Part shown: positions 49,823 to 63,100 of the stretch, in pieces
Layout of the letters: each line of letters begins with the position of its first letter
How positions within the stretch are numbered: the stretch's first letter is position 1
Source: Phoronis australis
Taxonomy: Eukaryota; Animalia; Phoronida
Assembly: GCA_002633005.1 (NCBI GenBank)
Contig: NMRA01000057.1
Span: forward strand, 749,499 to 813,498
Length of the DNA: 64,000 nucleotides
Direction: 5' to 3'
The notes under the pieces: generated by a model
What the model was told of the DNA's origin: nothing
The model's input: only the letters and a program-made list of their open reading frames with translations
Databases searched by the model: none
Position numbers and translations under genes: made by a program

Positions 49823-50793
49823 CAGTGGCGGATCTAGGATATCACAAGGGGGGAGGGGCAACATTTTGTCCGGCTGTAAGCATTTGCGCAAAGTGAACCA
49901 CAATTGTAGATGCCCATAGCACCGAATGGGGAGAGGTCGGAAGGGGGGTTTGTCCCCCCTCCCGCCCAGGATTTTTTTCTGTTTTTACCTCTAAAAATCA
50001 AGCATTTTCCTTGATTCCTGAAGTATTATCCAAGAAAAGAAGGCAAAAAAACGGAGAACGTGTCAACCAGGAAAAAGCGCAAATTCGAACTCACGACCTG
50101 GCGGTCACTAGAGCGCGCATGCATTACCACTACACCACCACGAATTAACTACTAATCGTATACTAAGAGACCTACTTGTTTATGGTCCACAGCGTTTGCG
50201 CGCGAAACCTACTTCTTTTTGTAATGCTTATTACACGCTTTATATTTTGTGCCGTCAATTCTTAACAAATTTGTCGTATTTAAAATAGTCTTCAGATGCC
50301 CAAAAGACCAAATCCGTTTTTCGTGTTGGCATTAATGACGGGATTGCTTTGGAAATCGTCCTAAGATAAGGTTTGACAAAGAGAGTATTGCGAGTTTCTG
50401 AGTGATTCACTAAGGCTTCGATTAAAATTCAAATCTTACCAGCAGCTTCTGTTTTTTTCATCGTCACTCAGGTTCCATTTTCTTTAAAAATTGAAGTAAA
50501 ATTTCTTCATTGCACAGTGGTGCAGACGACGGAAAAGGAGTCGTAGTGCGCAGTGCTACTGCCGGTCGCCTGGGATATCGCGGGAGAGCTTATACTTAGC
50601 CATAGTTCCGTTACGAATTTGACACCCCCCAAACACTAAACCTGCACACATTTAAATCTTGTTTCATCCGTATAATTTTAATTGCCGGGGTTAACTAATA
50701 AACTCAACATTTCCCTTCGCTCTTGCTGTTTTATTTTTTTTTGCGGCAGCCAAGGGGGAGGGGGGCCAGGCCCCCCCCCTAAATCCGCCTATG
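49823..50793 (+). mobile_element. About 1-kb non-autonomous hAT-like element containing a tRNA-like cassette
   Basis: Ends cagtggcggatctag and ctaaatccgcctatg; collinear with 58119-59143. Confidence 0.78.
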
Positions 50794-50849
50794 TGAATAA
50801 ACCACTGTGTTACCGGCTTTTGATGCTGGCAACAAAGGTAATTGATCGT

Positions 50850-53778
50850 GTGAGCGCATGCTAATTCAGTGTTTGCTGACAGAATGCTGTTGTGAAACAA
50901 TTACACGATTTTTTATGCAATGGTCACATGTTAGGGGAATCTTTATTTAGAAATACAAATACATTATTCAAATCATTGTTAATGTACAACCTTTGCCCTG
51001 ATGGTCTGTGGAAGGGGAACCCGACTTCACGGCCCCGACAAGTAAGTAGATTTTCAGTTTCGTGGCTAATTCACGTAAATAATTACGTGCACATTATTTC
51101 TTTGGCTCATTATTGTAGTCTTTTCGTAACTGGAGGTTTAGTTTCCAATTCAAGCAGGTTGTGTTCATGCCAATCCCGGGCGACCGCGACGGGCATGATC
51201 GGGTTCGGAGCCACTGGCCAGGATAACGAGTCAGTCCGACCGCGCCGGGACTGATCGGGTTCCGAGCCACTGGCCGGGATAACAAGCGTTTTATGTGTTT
51301 AGAACTCAAAAAATCACAAGTCTAAACAACACAGATCTAGGTTCTTTTGTCTGTATTTCACGGAAGAATACTTCGAATTTATCTCAGAACAGACCCCAAA
51401 CTCCTGCTACGGACCTTGGTAAATTGGCCTACCGAACTTTGCAGGTTACGGTGTGTCCAAATAGCAATGAATTCGTAACAGCGAAATGAAACAACGCGTT
51501 TTTTTAAGAACTCAGTGTATTTTTAAGGGTTTTACATTGAAGTTTGGTGATTTATTGGTGTTAAACGAAGAATTCAAGCGATAAGCTGACACCAGTAACC
51601 CGTGTTGTGAACTGCTGAACAGACTGCGTGTGAAACCAATGACGTCATTTGATAATTTTAACACCTCCGTCTGCCGTCAGGTGTCAGGTAACGCAACCGA
51701 ACGTGCCGTTATCGAGTAGAACTACTCGATCTAGATTGATACAAAATAGGTTGTTTTTTGGGTGGCGTTCTCCCTTAAACCCCACCTGAGTATTTTCAAG
51801 ACTTCTGCTCAAATTATAATAATGTCCTTACTTAACGATTGGCTAATAAAAACCACATGATCTTATCTAATCATATCAGTGGCTGTTACGATTTGCTCTC
51901 AGAAATTTAATAAAATCTTTGACCCCAGAACCAAAGTGGTAAACATCATCTAAAATCGATATTGACGTCAAAATACATGTAAACAAGTTCGACCCCATGG
52001 TTTTAAAAGTACATATACACAAATTTTGGGCAACTTAAAAGGAACTATCTGTACTAATTACTTAATCAAAATTTACTGTGACACAACTCCANNNNNNNNN
52101 NNNNNNNNNNNNNNNNNNNNNNNNNNNNNNNNNNNNNNNNNNNNNNNNNNNNNNNNNNNNNNNNNNNNNNNNNNNNNNNNNNNNNNNNNNNNNNNNNNNN
52201 NNNNNNNNNNNNNNNNNNNNNNNNNNNNNNNNNNNNNNNNNNNNNNNNNNNNNNNNNNNNNNNNNNNNNNNNNNNNNNNNNNNNNNNNNNNNNNNNNNNN
52301 NNNNNNNNNNNNNNNNNNNNNNNNNNNNNNNNNNNNNNNNNNNNNNNNNNNNNNNNNNNNNNNNNNNNNNNNNNNNNNNNNNNNNNNNNNNNNNNNNNNN
52401 NNNNNNNNNNNNNNNNNNNNNNNNNNNNNNNNNNNNNNNNNNNNNNNNNNNNNNNNNNNNNNNNNNNNNNNNNNNNNNNNNNNNNNNNNNNNNNNNNNNN
52501 NNNNNNNNNNNNNNNNNNNNNNNNNNNNNNNNNNNGTGAGCGCATGCTAATTCAGTGTTTGCTGACAGAAAGCTGTGGTAGTAAAACAATTACTCGATTT
52601 TATATGCTATGGTCACATGTTAGGGGAATCTTTATTTAGAAAAACAAATACATTATTCATATAATTGTTACTGTACAACCTTTGCCCTGACGGTCTGTGG
52701 AAGGGGAACCCGACTTCGCGACCCCGACAAGTAATTAGATTTTCAGTTTCGTGGCTAATTCACGTAAATAATTACGTGCACATTATTTTTTTGACTCACT
52801 ATTGTAGTCTTTTCGTGACTGGAGGTTTAGTTTCCAATTCAGGCAGGTCGTGTTCATGCCAATCTCGGGCGTCCGCGACGGGCCTGAACGGGTTCGGAGC
52901 CACTGGACAGAATAAAGAGTCAGTCCGACCGCGCCGGGCCTGATCGGGTTCCGAGCCACTGGCCGGGAAAACAAGCGTTTTATGTGTTTAGAACTCAAAT
53001 AATCACAAGTCTAAACAACACAGATCTAGGTTCTTTTGTCTGTATTTCACGGAAGAATACTTCGAATTTATCTCAGAACAGACCCCAAACTCCTGCGACG
53101 GACCTTGGTAAATTGTCCTACCGAACTTTGCAGGTTACGGTGTGTCCAAATACCAATGAATTCGTAACAGCGAAATGAAACAACGCGTTTTTTAAGAACT
53201 CAGTGTGTTTTTAAGGGTTTTACATCGAAGTTTGGTGATTTATTGGTGTTAAACGATGAATTCAAGCGATAAGCTGACACCAGTAACCCGTGTTGTGAAC
53301 CGCTGACCAGACTGCGTGTGAAACCAATGACGTCATTTGATAATTTTAACACCTCCGTCTGCCGTCAGGTGTCAGGTAACGCAACCGAACGTGCCGTTAT
53401 CGAATAGAACTACTCGTTCTAAATTGATACAAAATAGGTTGTTTTTTGGGTGGCATTCTCCTTTCATCCCATCTGAGTATTTTCAAGACTTCTGCTCAAA
53501 TTATAATAATGTACTTACTTAACGATTGGCTAAGAAAAACCACATGATCGTATCTAATCATATCAGTGGCTGTTACGATTTGCTCTCAGAAATTTAATAA
53601 AATCTTTGACCCCAGAACCAAAGTGGTAAACATCATCTAAAATCGATATTGACGTCAAAATACATGTAAACAAGTTCGACCCCATGGTTTTAAAAGTACA
53701 TATACACAAATTTTGGGCAACTTAAAAGGAACTATCTGTACTAATTACTTAATCAAAATTTACTGTGACACAACTCCA
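50850..53778. repeat. About 1.24-kb direct duplication (50850-52091 and 52536-53778) on either side of an N gap; each copy contains the ~850-bp repeat
   Basis: Both copies run from gtgagcgcatgctaattcag to actgtgacacaactcca, with scattered substitutions. Confidence 0.9.
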
Positions 53779-56501
53779 GTTTGAAGTTTACGGTTTTGGT
53801 TAAACGTAACGTTGTGCGGGAATCTAATGAACAATGATGTGACAATAATGCCAGAAAATACCAGAAAGATAATATTTGCCTCTGAAGAGCTCCAGTGTGG
53901 CCCTTTTTGTGCCAAGCGTACATGTATTCATTAACGCAGTATCTGGTCTGAGATGTCGGTAATTTGCAATCATGCCACGGTATACATGTACACCTTGTTT
54001 TGGCCGGAGGTTTTTCAATCTGTTATGGCGTTGATTTGTAAGGTTTGCCATTGTTATGTCTCACAGGTCAAAAGAGTTTTGAAAAAGACAAAAAATACAT
54101 CGAGCATGTTACGTTTACAGTATAACACTAGTGTAAACTTAAGTGCACTATTTTGTGCCGGTATTTCTTTCTCTGAAACAGTTAACAATTCGTACGTAAA
54201 TATTCCTGTGCATGGTAGACTCAATTTAGATGCTGGACGAATAGTAGCCAGTTTCCACACAATACCAAACCCTACTTATTGGAATTCTTCAAAAACATAT
54301 TTTTGGATGTTAAATTCATGTTGCACTATTTTAAGAATAGAATTGAACTAATTTTGTTCTACAATAATAAATGCAAGTGTCAGTGTGTACGCCTTCATCC
54401 AGCGGATTTTTACCGTAAATATTGATGTATTGAACTGTCCAGGAGTAGGAATGCTTTGGCAACACAATAAAACAGGACTAAAACACGCAAAACATGCACC
54501 GTGGTTAGAATAACACGTGAAACACCCTGCTGTGCCATATTGCGTCAACGTGAGAAACATTAGTTTAAAACAAACAACGCTAGTTTTCATGTTGTTTAAA
54601 CACGAGCCTGTACCTACGGTAAAAGTATAATCTGCCACGGGCACAGGAATATAATGAATGGAGTATGTGCGGGTGAAGTTCATTATGGGGATTCTCCGGC
54701 GCCGTGACATTGACAAGTCAGTTTATTACATTTGAAAATTTATGAATTTATTGTGGTCAGAGCGATGCTGTTAACATATTATACGCTTTAGCATACACAA
54801 GCAAAATTGCCACCTGTGAAATAAGGTCTGAGGCCACAGCAGATGCCTGGGTAGCCCACCCCAAAAATAAAGAAAATGGGGTGAGTGGGGTTTGACGACG
54901 GTTTGTGGACTGTCAGTTATGCTTTTTTACAGGTGTCAGCGACAGCTGTACAAGCAAGGGTTTTGATTAACCCAACCCAGTAATAATATCAAAATCAGGA
55001 ACTGGTACTCAGTAGATGCTTGTGTAGCCCCCCAAAATAAAGAAACTGGGCTTGGTCGGGTTTGACGGCAGTTTTGTGGACTAAATGGATACGGAAGTGC
55101 CGCGATTTCGAAAGCACACTATGGTTGCTGAGTTTTGAATTCTTGGCGAGAATCCAGATACCCTTCAGACAAGTGGAAATACTAAAAAATCTGGTTGTTA
55201 ATTACATATTTTAACCTAAATTTTTGGAATATTGTCTGGAAGGGCATTCGGATGACGATTTCCTTTCTTGCACCGGGGCAGTCGTGACTATACGATTTTA
55301 GGTAATGAAATGACCAAAATCGCACTTTTTGGTCATTTTTGTCTTATCAATTTTTTCCCGGTGGATGTAGCAAGGTAAAAAGACATGGCTTTGATGAATT
55401 TCTCCATTTTTTTAGGAGCCCCATAGAGTGTACTTTCTGTCAGGCATGCCTTTTTCAGGTGTTATCTACAGCTTTGCGAACAAGGGCTTTGATTAACCCA
55501 GATCAATGATAAGGTCAAAATCTGCCAAATGCTTCTAGCGCCGCGGCTATTTGCGTTTCAGAAGTCAAAATTTCTCACTGCGGGTGTCTTCCGAGTGCCT
55601 TGTGTGTACGGTAAGCACCAATATGTAGGTGTTTAGATCCAAAGATTTCGTTTCCATTTTGAACCTGTCGCAGCACACTTTTTGTCGTCAGAGTGCCGAT
55701 CTCGAAACCACTCCAGCACCATGCAAGATTAGCTCTGGGCTCCGCTTCACGAAAAATGACTAAAATCCTAAGGCAAAAATTCGGTTTTATGCTCTGATAA
55801 AATGTGCAGCAGAGTAATTAGGAGCGTATCAGAATTTAGAAATATTTTATAGAAAAAATTTCCCGTAACTAGCAATTAGGTCTATATTCCAAGACGCTGC
55901 ATCTTTGCTTACTGACAAATGATATTTAAATATAAATATTTTTCAGAAATATTGGTGATGAGCGTAAGATCTTAGTTCTTTTAAAAGTCACTTTTCATGA
56001 TACGGAACCCTGTTTTATGCAACTGAACAGAACTCGCATTTATACTCTCGGTTATCTTTATTCCACACATGAATGAATGTGTGCAAATCTCATTTTACAT
56101 AAATTGCCTGATTACTGGCTGATAAATCTGCTACCGCGAATATCATCAGAAATGAAGTGCATGTAGGTCTGTCCTACAAACTCGGGTTCATATCAAAAGT
56201 ATAAATAAAGTACGCAGAACTACAAAATCATCTATTACTACCCGAACAAAACTTGTATACAGTTTACACTATCTCACAAAAATGCCACGTAGAACGATCA
56301 GATATACAGACCACTTATGGATAACGATTTTCGTTCAAAACTTTAGCTACCTCACATTGTGAAGTAATAGCGTTAGCACCTGTTCAAGAATGATGACAAG
56401 AAAAATATTTGGAAAGGAGAGCTACATTAATAGAAGAAAAATACTTCACACTCTTTCTATCTATGGTAAATGTCATTGTTTTATATTTTATTGGCGAATC
56501 A

Positions 56502-56643
56502 AGGCCCGTTCCACGAAAACTGACTAAGCTAAGACAATTGGAAAGTAAACTCAAAAAAGACATCTTAAGTTTGGAAGTTGAGACAAATCGTAGACTTAAG
56601 TCCGACAAAAATGAATTAAAGTCAGTTTCTTAGAACGGGTCCC
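56502..56643. mobile_element. Small Harbinger-like MITE downstream of gene C
   Basis: Imperfect TIRs ggcccgttccacgaaa and tttcttagaacgggtcc. Confidence 0.45.
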
Positions 56644-56847
56644 AGAACTCTTTATAGGACATATATTTCTCACATGAGTTGTTGCTGAGTGAAAGACAGT
56701 AGATCTGCCGAGTATTTTCAACTGTTGTATTAGAAGGGGATACACTTATATTTCTGAAGTGACAGAACGAGTTGTAAGTCGGCAAAATAAGGTAACCACG
56801 AACGCTGTAGTTTGCACATCAACCCTTTGCCAATTTCAAGAAACTTG

Positions 56848-57131
56848 TCATGCTCTTCCATTACTAACAGTCGCTCCATCGATCACAGTTCCTGCGCGTG
56901 ACGGAACTACAGAATACACAGACGGCGTAGGCCCGGGGACCATGTAGTACGACCTCTGACGGTGGATAGCCTCGGCGTATTTCTGGCGCCAGATGTCGCG
57001 CTTGCGGTCTTGCCTCTTTTTGATCAGCAGGAAGAGTAATAGAAGCAGCAGAACAAAGGTGAGTAGAATAACCCATATGAGTAAACCGACCACCATGTTT
57101 CTGTTGACCAGCTCCACACCAGTTTGCTTCC
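56848..57131 (-). CDS. Gene C last exon, TM and tail
   Basis: [25 protein letters not shown] followed by KKRQDRKR; stop at 56848. Confidence 0.86.
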
Positions 57132-60100
57132 CTGCAAGAACACGCACATGGATGTACCACACGTTTCACACTCCACACAAGTTCACACCAAACACAATTC
57201 ACTTTAGTTGACAAGTAACAAAATTGTCGTTCGTGCCGACAAATCGCTGACGTGTTCTCATGTTTCTTAGTCTCTGTTACATACAAGAAGTGCCTCACGG
57301 AAGTACTGTGAAACGGATCCCACTGAAGTAATACATGACACAAGGAAAACAGTCTCGTATTCTACCCAACTATAATACAACTGCGATTTCTCAAATAGTT
57401 CTTCTCTTAGGTTCACTTTAGCCATTTAGAACGCTTCGTAAATTACAGCCCAATATTTCCTAAAATGTGAAGTCCAAACGCCGTTAAACACAGCCTACCA
57501 TAAAGTTGATCGACCACAAAGTTTTTTGTTAAAGTTCGTTTCATAAAAATCAACAACAGTGTAAAAACAAAGCGGACAAAGCGTACACTGGAGGCTAAAA
57601 TTAGAAAAATACAAGTGCAATGATAAGTCACAAATTACACGATATTTTTACGGACCATGCATTCGTTCCTCAACTGACATCTGGAAGTTCAAAAATAGTC
57701 TTTACCTGTTGTCCCGCCTCCTGACGTGGGCGCATAGCAAAGATGACTACCCTCAGTATTGATGCACTGGGCGGATTTAGAGCATAGATTAGGGACATCC
57801 TTACATTCGTCAATATCTGCAAAATAAATAAGTAGTAAATTAAGGATGTGTGACGGAAGAGTGCTTAATATTATACAGTGCATGCTCATCCCGTTACGTT
57901 TGCGGATCTTTTTATTTTGTTCTAAGATAAAGTTGTCTAATCTTTCGTGAAACCAAAAAGCGGATACTTTCATATTTAGTCCAAAATATTATTATGGCAT
58001 TCCCAAATGGAATCAGTTCACACAAGTTCAATGTTTTTTTTTCGATTTTTCTATTTTGTTTTAAGCCAGTTTCTTTCCATGTAGTGTTTGCAGTTGATTT
58101 GTGTTTTGTCAGTTGACTCAGTAGCGGATCTAGGATATCACAAGGGGGGGCCCAACATTTTGTCCGGCTGTAAACATTTGCGCAAACTGAACCACGATTG
58201 TAGATGCGCATAGCACCAAATGTGGGGAGGTCGGGAGGGGGGTTTGCCCCCCTGCCGCCCAGGAAATTTTTCTGTTTTGACCTCTAAAAATCAATTATTT
58301 TCCTTGATTTCTGAAGTATTAACCAAGAAAAAAGGCAAAAAAAAAAACACGGAGAACGCGTCAAACAGGAAAAACTGCAAATACCAAAGACTCGAACTCA
58401 CGCCCTTGCGCATAGAGCGCGCGTGCGTTACCACTACACCACCACGATTTAGCTACTAATCACTTACTAAGAGACCTACTTGTTTAAGGTCCACAGCGTT
58501 TGCGCGCGAAACCTACTTCTTTTTGTAATGCTTATTACACGTTTTGTGCCATCGATTCTTAACAAATTTGTCGTATTCAAAATAGTCTTAAAATGCCCAA
58601 AAGACCAAATCCGTTATTCGTGTTGGCAATAATGACCGGGGATTGCTTTGGAAATCGTCTTAACATAAGGTTTGACAAAGAGAGTATTGCGAGTTTCTGA
58701 GTGATTCACTAAGGCTTCTATTAAAATTCCCATCTTACCAGCAGCTTCTGTTTTTTCATCGTCACTCAGGTTCCATTTTCTTTAAAAAATGAAGTAAATT
58801 TTCTTCATTGCACAGTGGAGCAGACGACGGAAAAGGAGTCGTAGTGCGCAGCGCCACTGCCGGTCGCCTGGGATATCGCGGGAGAGCCTATACTTAGCCA
58901 TAGTTCCGTTACGAATGCGCCGTGTTCCGAATTTGACACTTGAAATTGGATTTGAGCCCCCCCCCCCCAACACTAAAACTGCACACATTTAAATCTTTTT
59001 TCATCCGTATACTTTTAATTACCGGGGTTAATTAATAAATTCAACATTTATTTCCCTACGCTCTTACTGTTTTATTTTTTTTTGCGGTAGCCAAGGGGGG
59101 GGGGGGGGCCGGGCCCCCTGGGCCCCCCCTAAATCCGCCTATGTGACTGGCTTTAGTTTTAAGATGGTCCTGAAAACTGAACTTTTCCGTGCAATATAAC
59201 CGGCATCTTACCTTGACAAGTGTGGCTGTCAGCAGCCAAGCGGTACCCAGACGAGCACGAACAGTTGTAGCCTCCGTTGTAATTCGAACATTTGGTTTGA
59301 CATCGACCGTTGTTGAGAACACACTCATTGTCGTCTACAAGGAACAAACGAAAGAGAAAGGTCACTTAAGCATCTCATTATTTGTTTCAAGCCCTTCAAT
59401 ATACCTAGGTACTACTTTCTGCGCGATAGGGGAATCAAAGCAATGTGCTAATCAAATCTTTCAAGCTGAATATACGCGTGCCATGATAACACCAGTTTCA
59501 GCTAGACGCAAAACCTGTCTGTAAATAAGTATTCAACATCTGGTCGGTCTTGAGAGATAGCATATGACTGAAACGAAACGGTCAAATTTGGAAGGGATGA
59601 CAAGCTTTATGATAATGCGATGCGGTTTTTGGCTGAAAATATCCTGGCATCGTTCTTGGTTACTGGTATAACAGCCTGTAAAGGAACAGAATATTTCAAA
59701 ACCATTTTTGGAGGGGTAAACGACCTAGCTTAGATATAGGATTATTGGAAAATTAAACTAGTGTAGACAACGTAGCTTTCAATGAATCGAGAATACATTA
59801 TATGCGGAGCAAACGCTAGACTTCAAACATGTTCTAACGCAACTATACCTCCTGTTGATGGTTTGTTACAATCTCCAAGTCTTACCTATGCAGGTTCTGA
59901 GATCGCTATCAAGTTTATATCCAGCTTGGCATTCACAACGGAAGCTTCCAAATACGTTGGTGCATTTATTCGAGCAGCCGCCGTTGTTAACAAGACACTC
60001 GTCAACATCTGTAGAAAGTAATTTCCATAGAACATTTTTTGTTCGCTGAGATCTGTTGTGCAATTGTAAACAAAAACAGTAAAGGAAATAGAAAAAAGAC

Positions 60101-63100
60101 CCAACAAGTCCTTCAGAGCCAGTCATTTTTAACATCCATGTAAGTCTCAACAGCTACGGTGTAGCTAAACAGTCATTGTCCCCAGTGCTTTGTTTGAAAT
60201 TCAGTGAACCACGCAAACTGGCCATGTTTTTTTGCTCACCGTTCGGAAATGGAACACAGAAACAAGGCTGTTGCGAGAACCATGTTAGTTTAGTAATACT
60301 ACTTAATTGCAACCAGGACTATGGTAACAGTAATGAACGTCAAATATGTCGGTGATTTCCATGCTCAGTACAACATCAATTACAAAAGTTAGTGTCCCAT
60401 TTGGAGACTTGACAAATGTATCCCGCAGCGTACATTAAATTCCCACTACTTCTTGCATTTCTCACCTTCGGCTCCGGAGGGTCCTCGTGGACCCATGGCA
60501 CCAGTCACTCCCGTAGCTCCACGGGCTCCCTTCTCCCCTTTATCGCCGGTGAATCCTTTGGGACCTGCAGATCCAGTCACACCTTTCACTCCAACACCGC
60601 CTTGGGGCCCTCGCGCACCGGGAGGACCCTGGTCCCCTGGCTGTCCCTTTACGCCTTGGATACCTGGCGGTCCTGCTTTCCCAGTAACTCCTTGAGGTCC
60701 ACGAGGTCCTGGGGGACCGCGTGACCCTGCCACTTGCGACGGCGGACCGATCGGTCCCGTTTTTCCAGGAGAACCAGATTCACCTTGTGGTCCAGGATTG
60801 CCGCGAGACCCTGGATCGCCCTGCAACACGTACATCCACATGTAGTAACTCACAATGATACTAGCTTATGGGGCGCTTCAGTTCAACAAAGAGGACTTCA
60901 TACTGTGAACATTTTACAAGAAAACGGATATTGGTCCAGTGTCTGTGATAAAAACTTTGCCGAGCATGTCTTTGCAATGGCAATCCACGAATCAACCAAG
61001 CATCTTTGTCGCTACTGGAAAGGGAGATTTATGATAAAATGAACGAAAGTCCATTTGCGTGGATGAGACAAGTACTGCAAATGTCACTTGAAATCCCAAG
61101 CTGTTATTTAAAGATGTATTTGCATGCTCCTAACTATGCTTAAGTATAGCAGAAACTAAACGACAATGCTACATGTATTTGAACATCATTGACACTAGAC
61201 AAAGTGCAGTTGTATTCACTGACAACTTGTTAATGTTACAAAAAATCTGCAAATTAGTGACGTACATGTACCTTGGGAGTTCACATAGCCCGCACCATGC
61301 AGTGTTATTCCCCAACACCACATCACGATACTTATTGGACACGGTTGAGTGGTTTACGGTGTATCCTTTTTGACACAAAACTCGTTCTTAAAAATTTTGA
61401 CAATTTTCAACATACTTCACATTCACATCGTTGCTATGTGTTGTTTTTCTAATTAATTTGACCGAGCAATGACAGAGAGAAGGACTTAACGTGCAAAGCA
61501 CCACTTTCAATATTTTACGCGGCATGTGCTTGAAAATGTATTGTTGTCGCAGGAACAACCAATCTCACCTGGGAACCTTGACCACCTTTACTTCCCGTTG
61601 GGCCTTTGGGTCCCTGGGGTCCGCCAGTACCAGGGGGACCGGGAGGGCCAGGGGGGCCAGGGGGCCCTCGAGGTCCGACGTTAGGGGCTGCAAAAGGAAT
61701 GCAAATCTGTGATTTTCAACGTCCAGCAAAGTGCCAGAGACTAAAAACACTTACTTGATTGAAAGGTAATTTAATTTTCTACTATACTGTTCATCGTGAA
61801 TAAATGTAGTCATTGGAATCTTCACGAACTTTAAACAGAGGTGATTTGCAAGCTAACTTACATCTGCAGTCTTCGTCTGTTCGAGAATCGCCATCATTAT
61901 CTGAAAACACACAATAAGGGGATCAATGAAGTTGCTAATTACCCTACCAGTGTGTTTCTGTAGAATTTCGCTGGTATTCAATAAAAAGTGGGCAATGGTT
62001 TTGGTTTCAATGGTTACATGTCATTTACTCCGCGAGTACCGCCGACGTAGTGCAAATATCAAGATGTATTTGCATGTTCCTAATAATGCCAATGCATAGC
62101 AGGAACAAAACTACAATGCTATTTGAAAGTCATCTATGCTAAACTAAGTGCAGTTGTATTCAGTGACAACTTGTAAAATGTGGAAACAAAAAATTCCGCA
62201 AATAGGTGACCTTTGCACTAATATCGTACCTTGCCCGTAACATGCACTGTTATTCCCCAACACCACGTCACGATATTTACTGGACACGATTGAGTGATTT
62301 ACGGCGTATCATTTTCTACACATAACTCGTTCTTAAAAACATTTGGAAATTTTCAACGTGCTTCATATTCACGTCGTCGCTATATGCCGAGTTTCTCACT
62401 AATGTAACCAAGCAATCACAGAGATAAGGAATAAGCGTACAAGTTCCACCTTAAGGCATGGTGCCGTGCACGTGTACAATTCCAGCCATTGGGAATGTAG
62501 TAACTTCAGGTTCCTTACAAAAATAAATGAACAACTTTAGTAGAAATAACTTGCCTTTGCCATCGCAGTATTCTTCGTCTACTTTCCCGTCGCAGTCATT
62601 GTCAATGCCGTCGTCAGTTGTTTGGGCGGATATGGTGCACTGTAACAAAAAACACTGACGAAATGAAATTATCAATAACATAATGCCCTTTCCTTTATGT
62701 CATAGAGATTTAACTACATGTTGCGTTACCATGTGCGAATCCCATACTAGATCCACTTTTTATAATGTCTGCTTCATGATGTAAAGAAGTGCATTATACC
62801 ACTGTAGATTTGACAGAATTTCAATTAAGGCCATTTCTGTTTAATAACGTACAACGAGAGCGACACAGACCGATGATATGCGCCCAAAATATGAATCGTA
62901 AATTGTAATGGAATATGGGACCAGTTTTTCAACTTATTCAGCAGTCGGATCCATCAGAGAGTCACCATTTGCTCTCTAAGCTCTCCTCATAAGGGGCACA
63001 TTGGGAGAATTTTTGATGATCACCGAAGAATTTGGTAGCCAGTAAGGAAGACGGGAGAACCACAACAGCCAGGTACCTCAAAAAAAATCGACGCCAAGCG

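Noticed and set aside
50085-50140. tRNA gene
   Set aside because: A and B boxes are present, but I could not form an acceptor stem or a consistent anticodon arm, and the sequence varies among repeat copies.
52026-52589. Long ORFs containing X runs (also 8298-8549 and 36731-37272)
   Set aside because: They are artefacts of N gaps.
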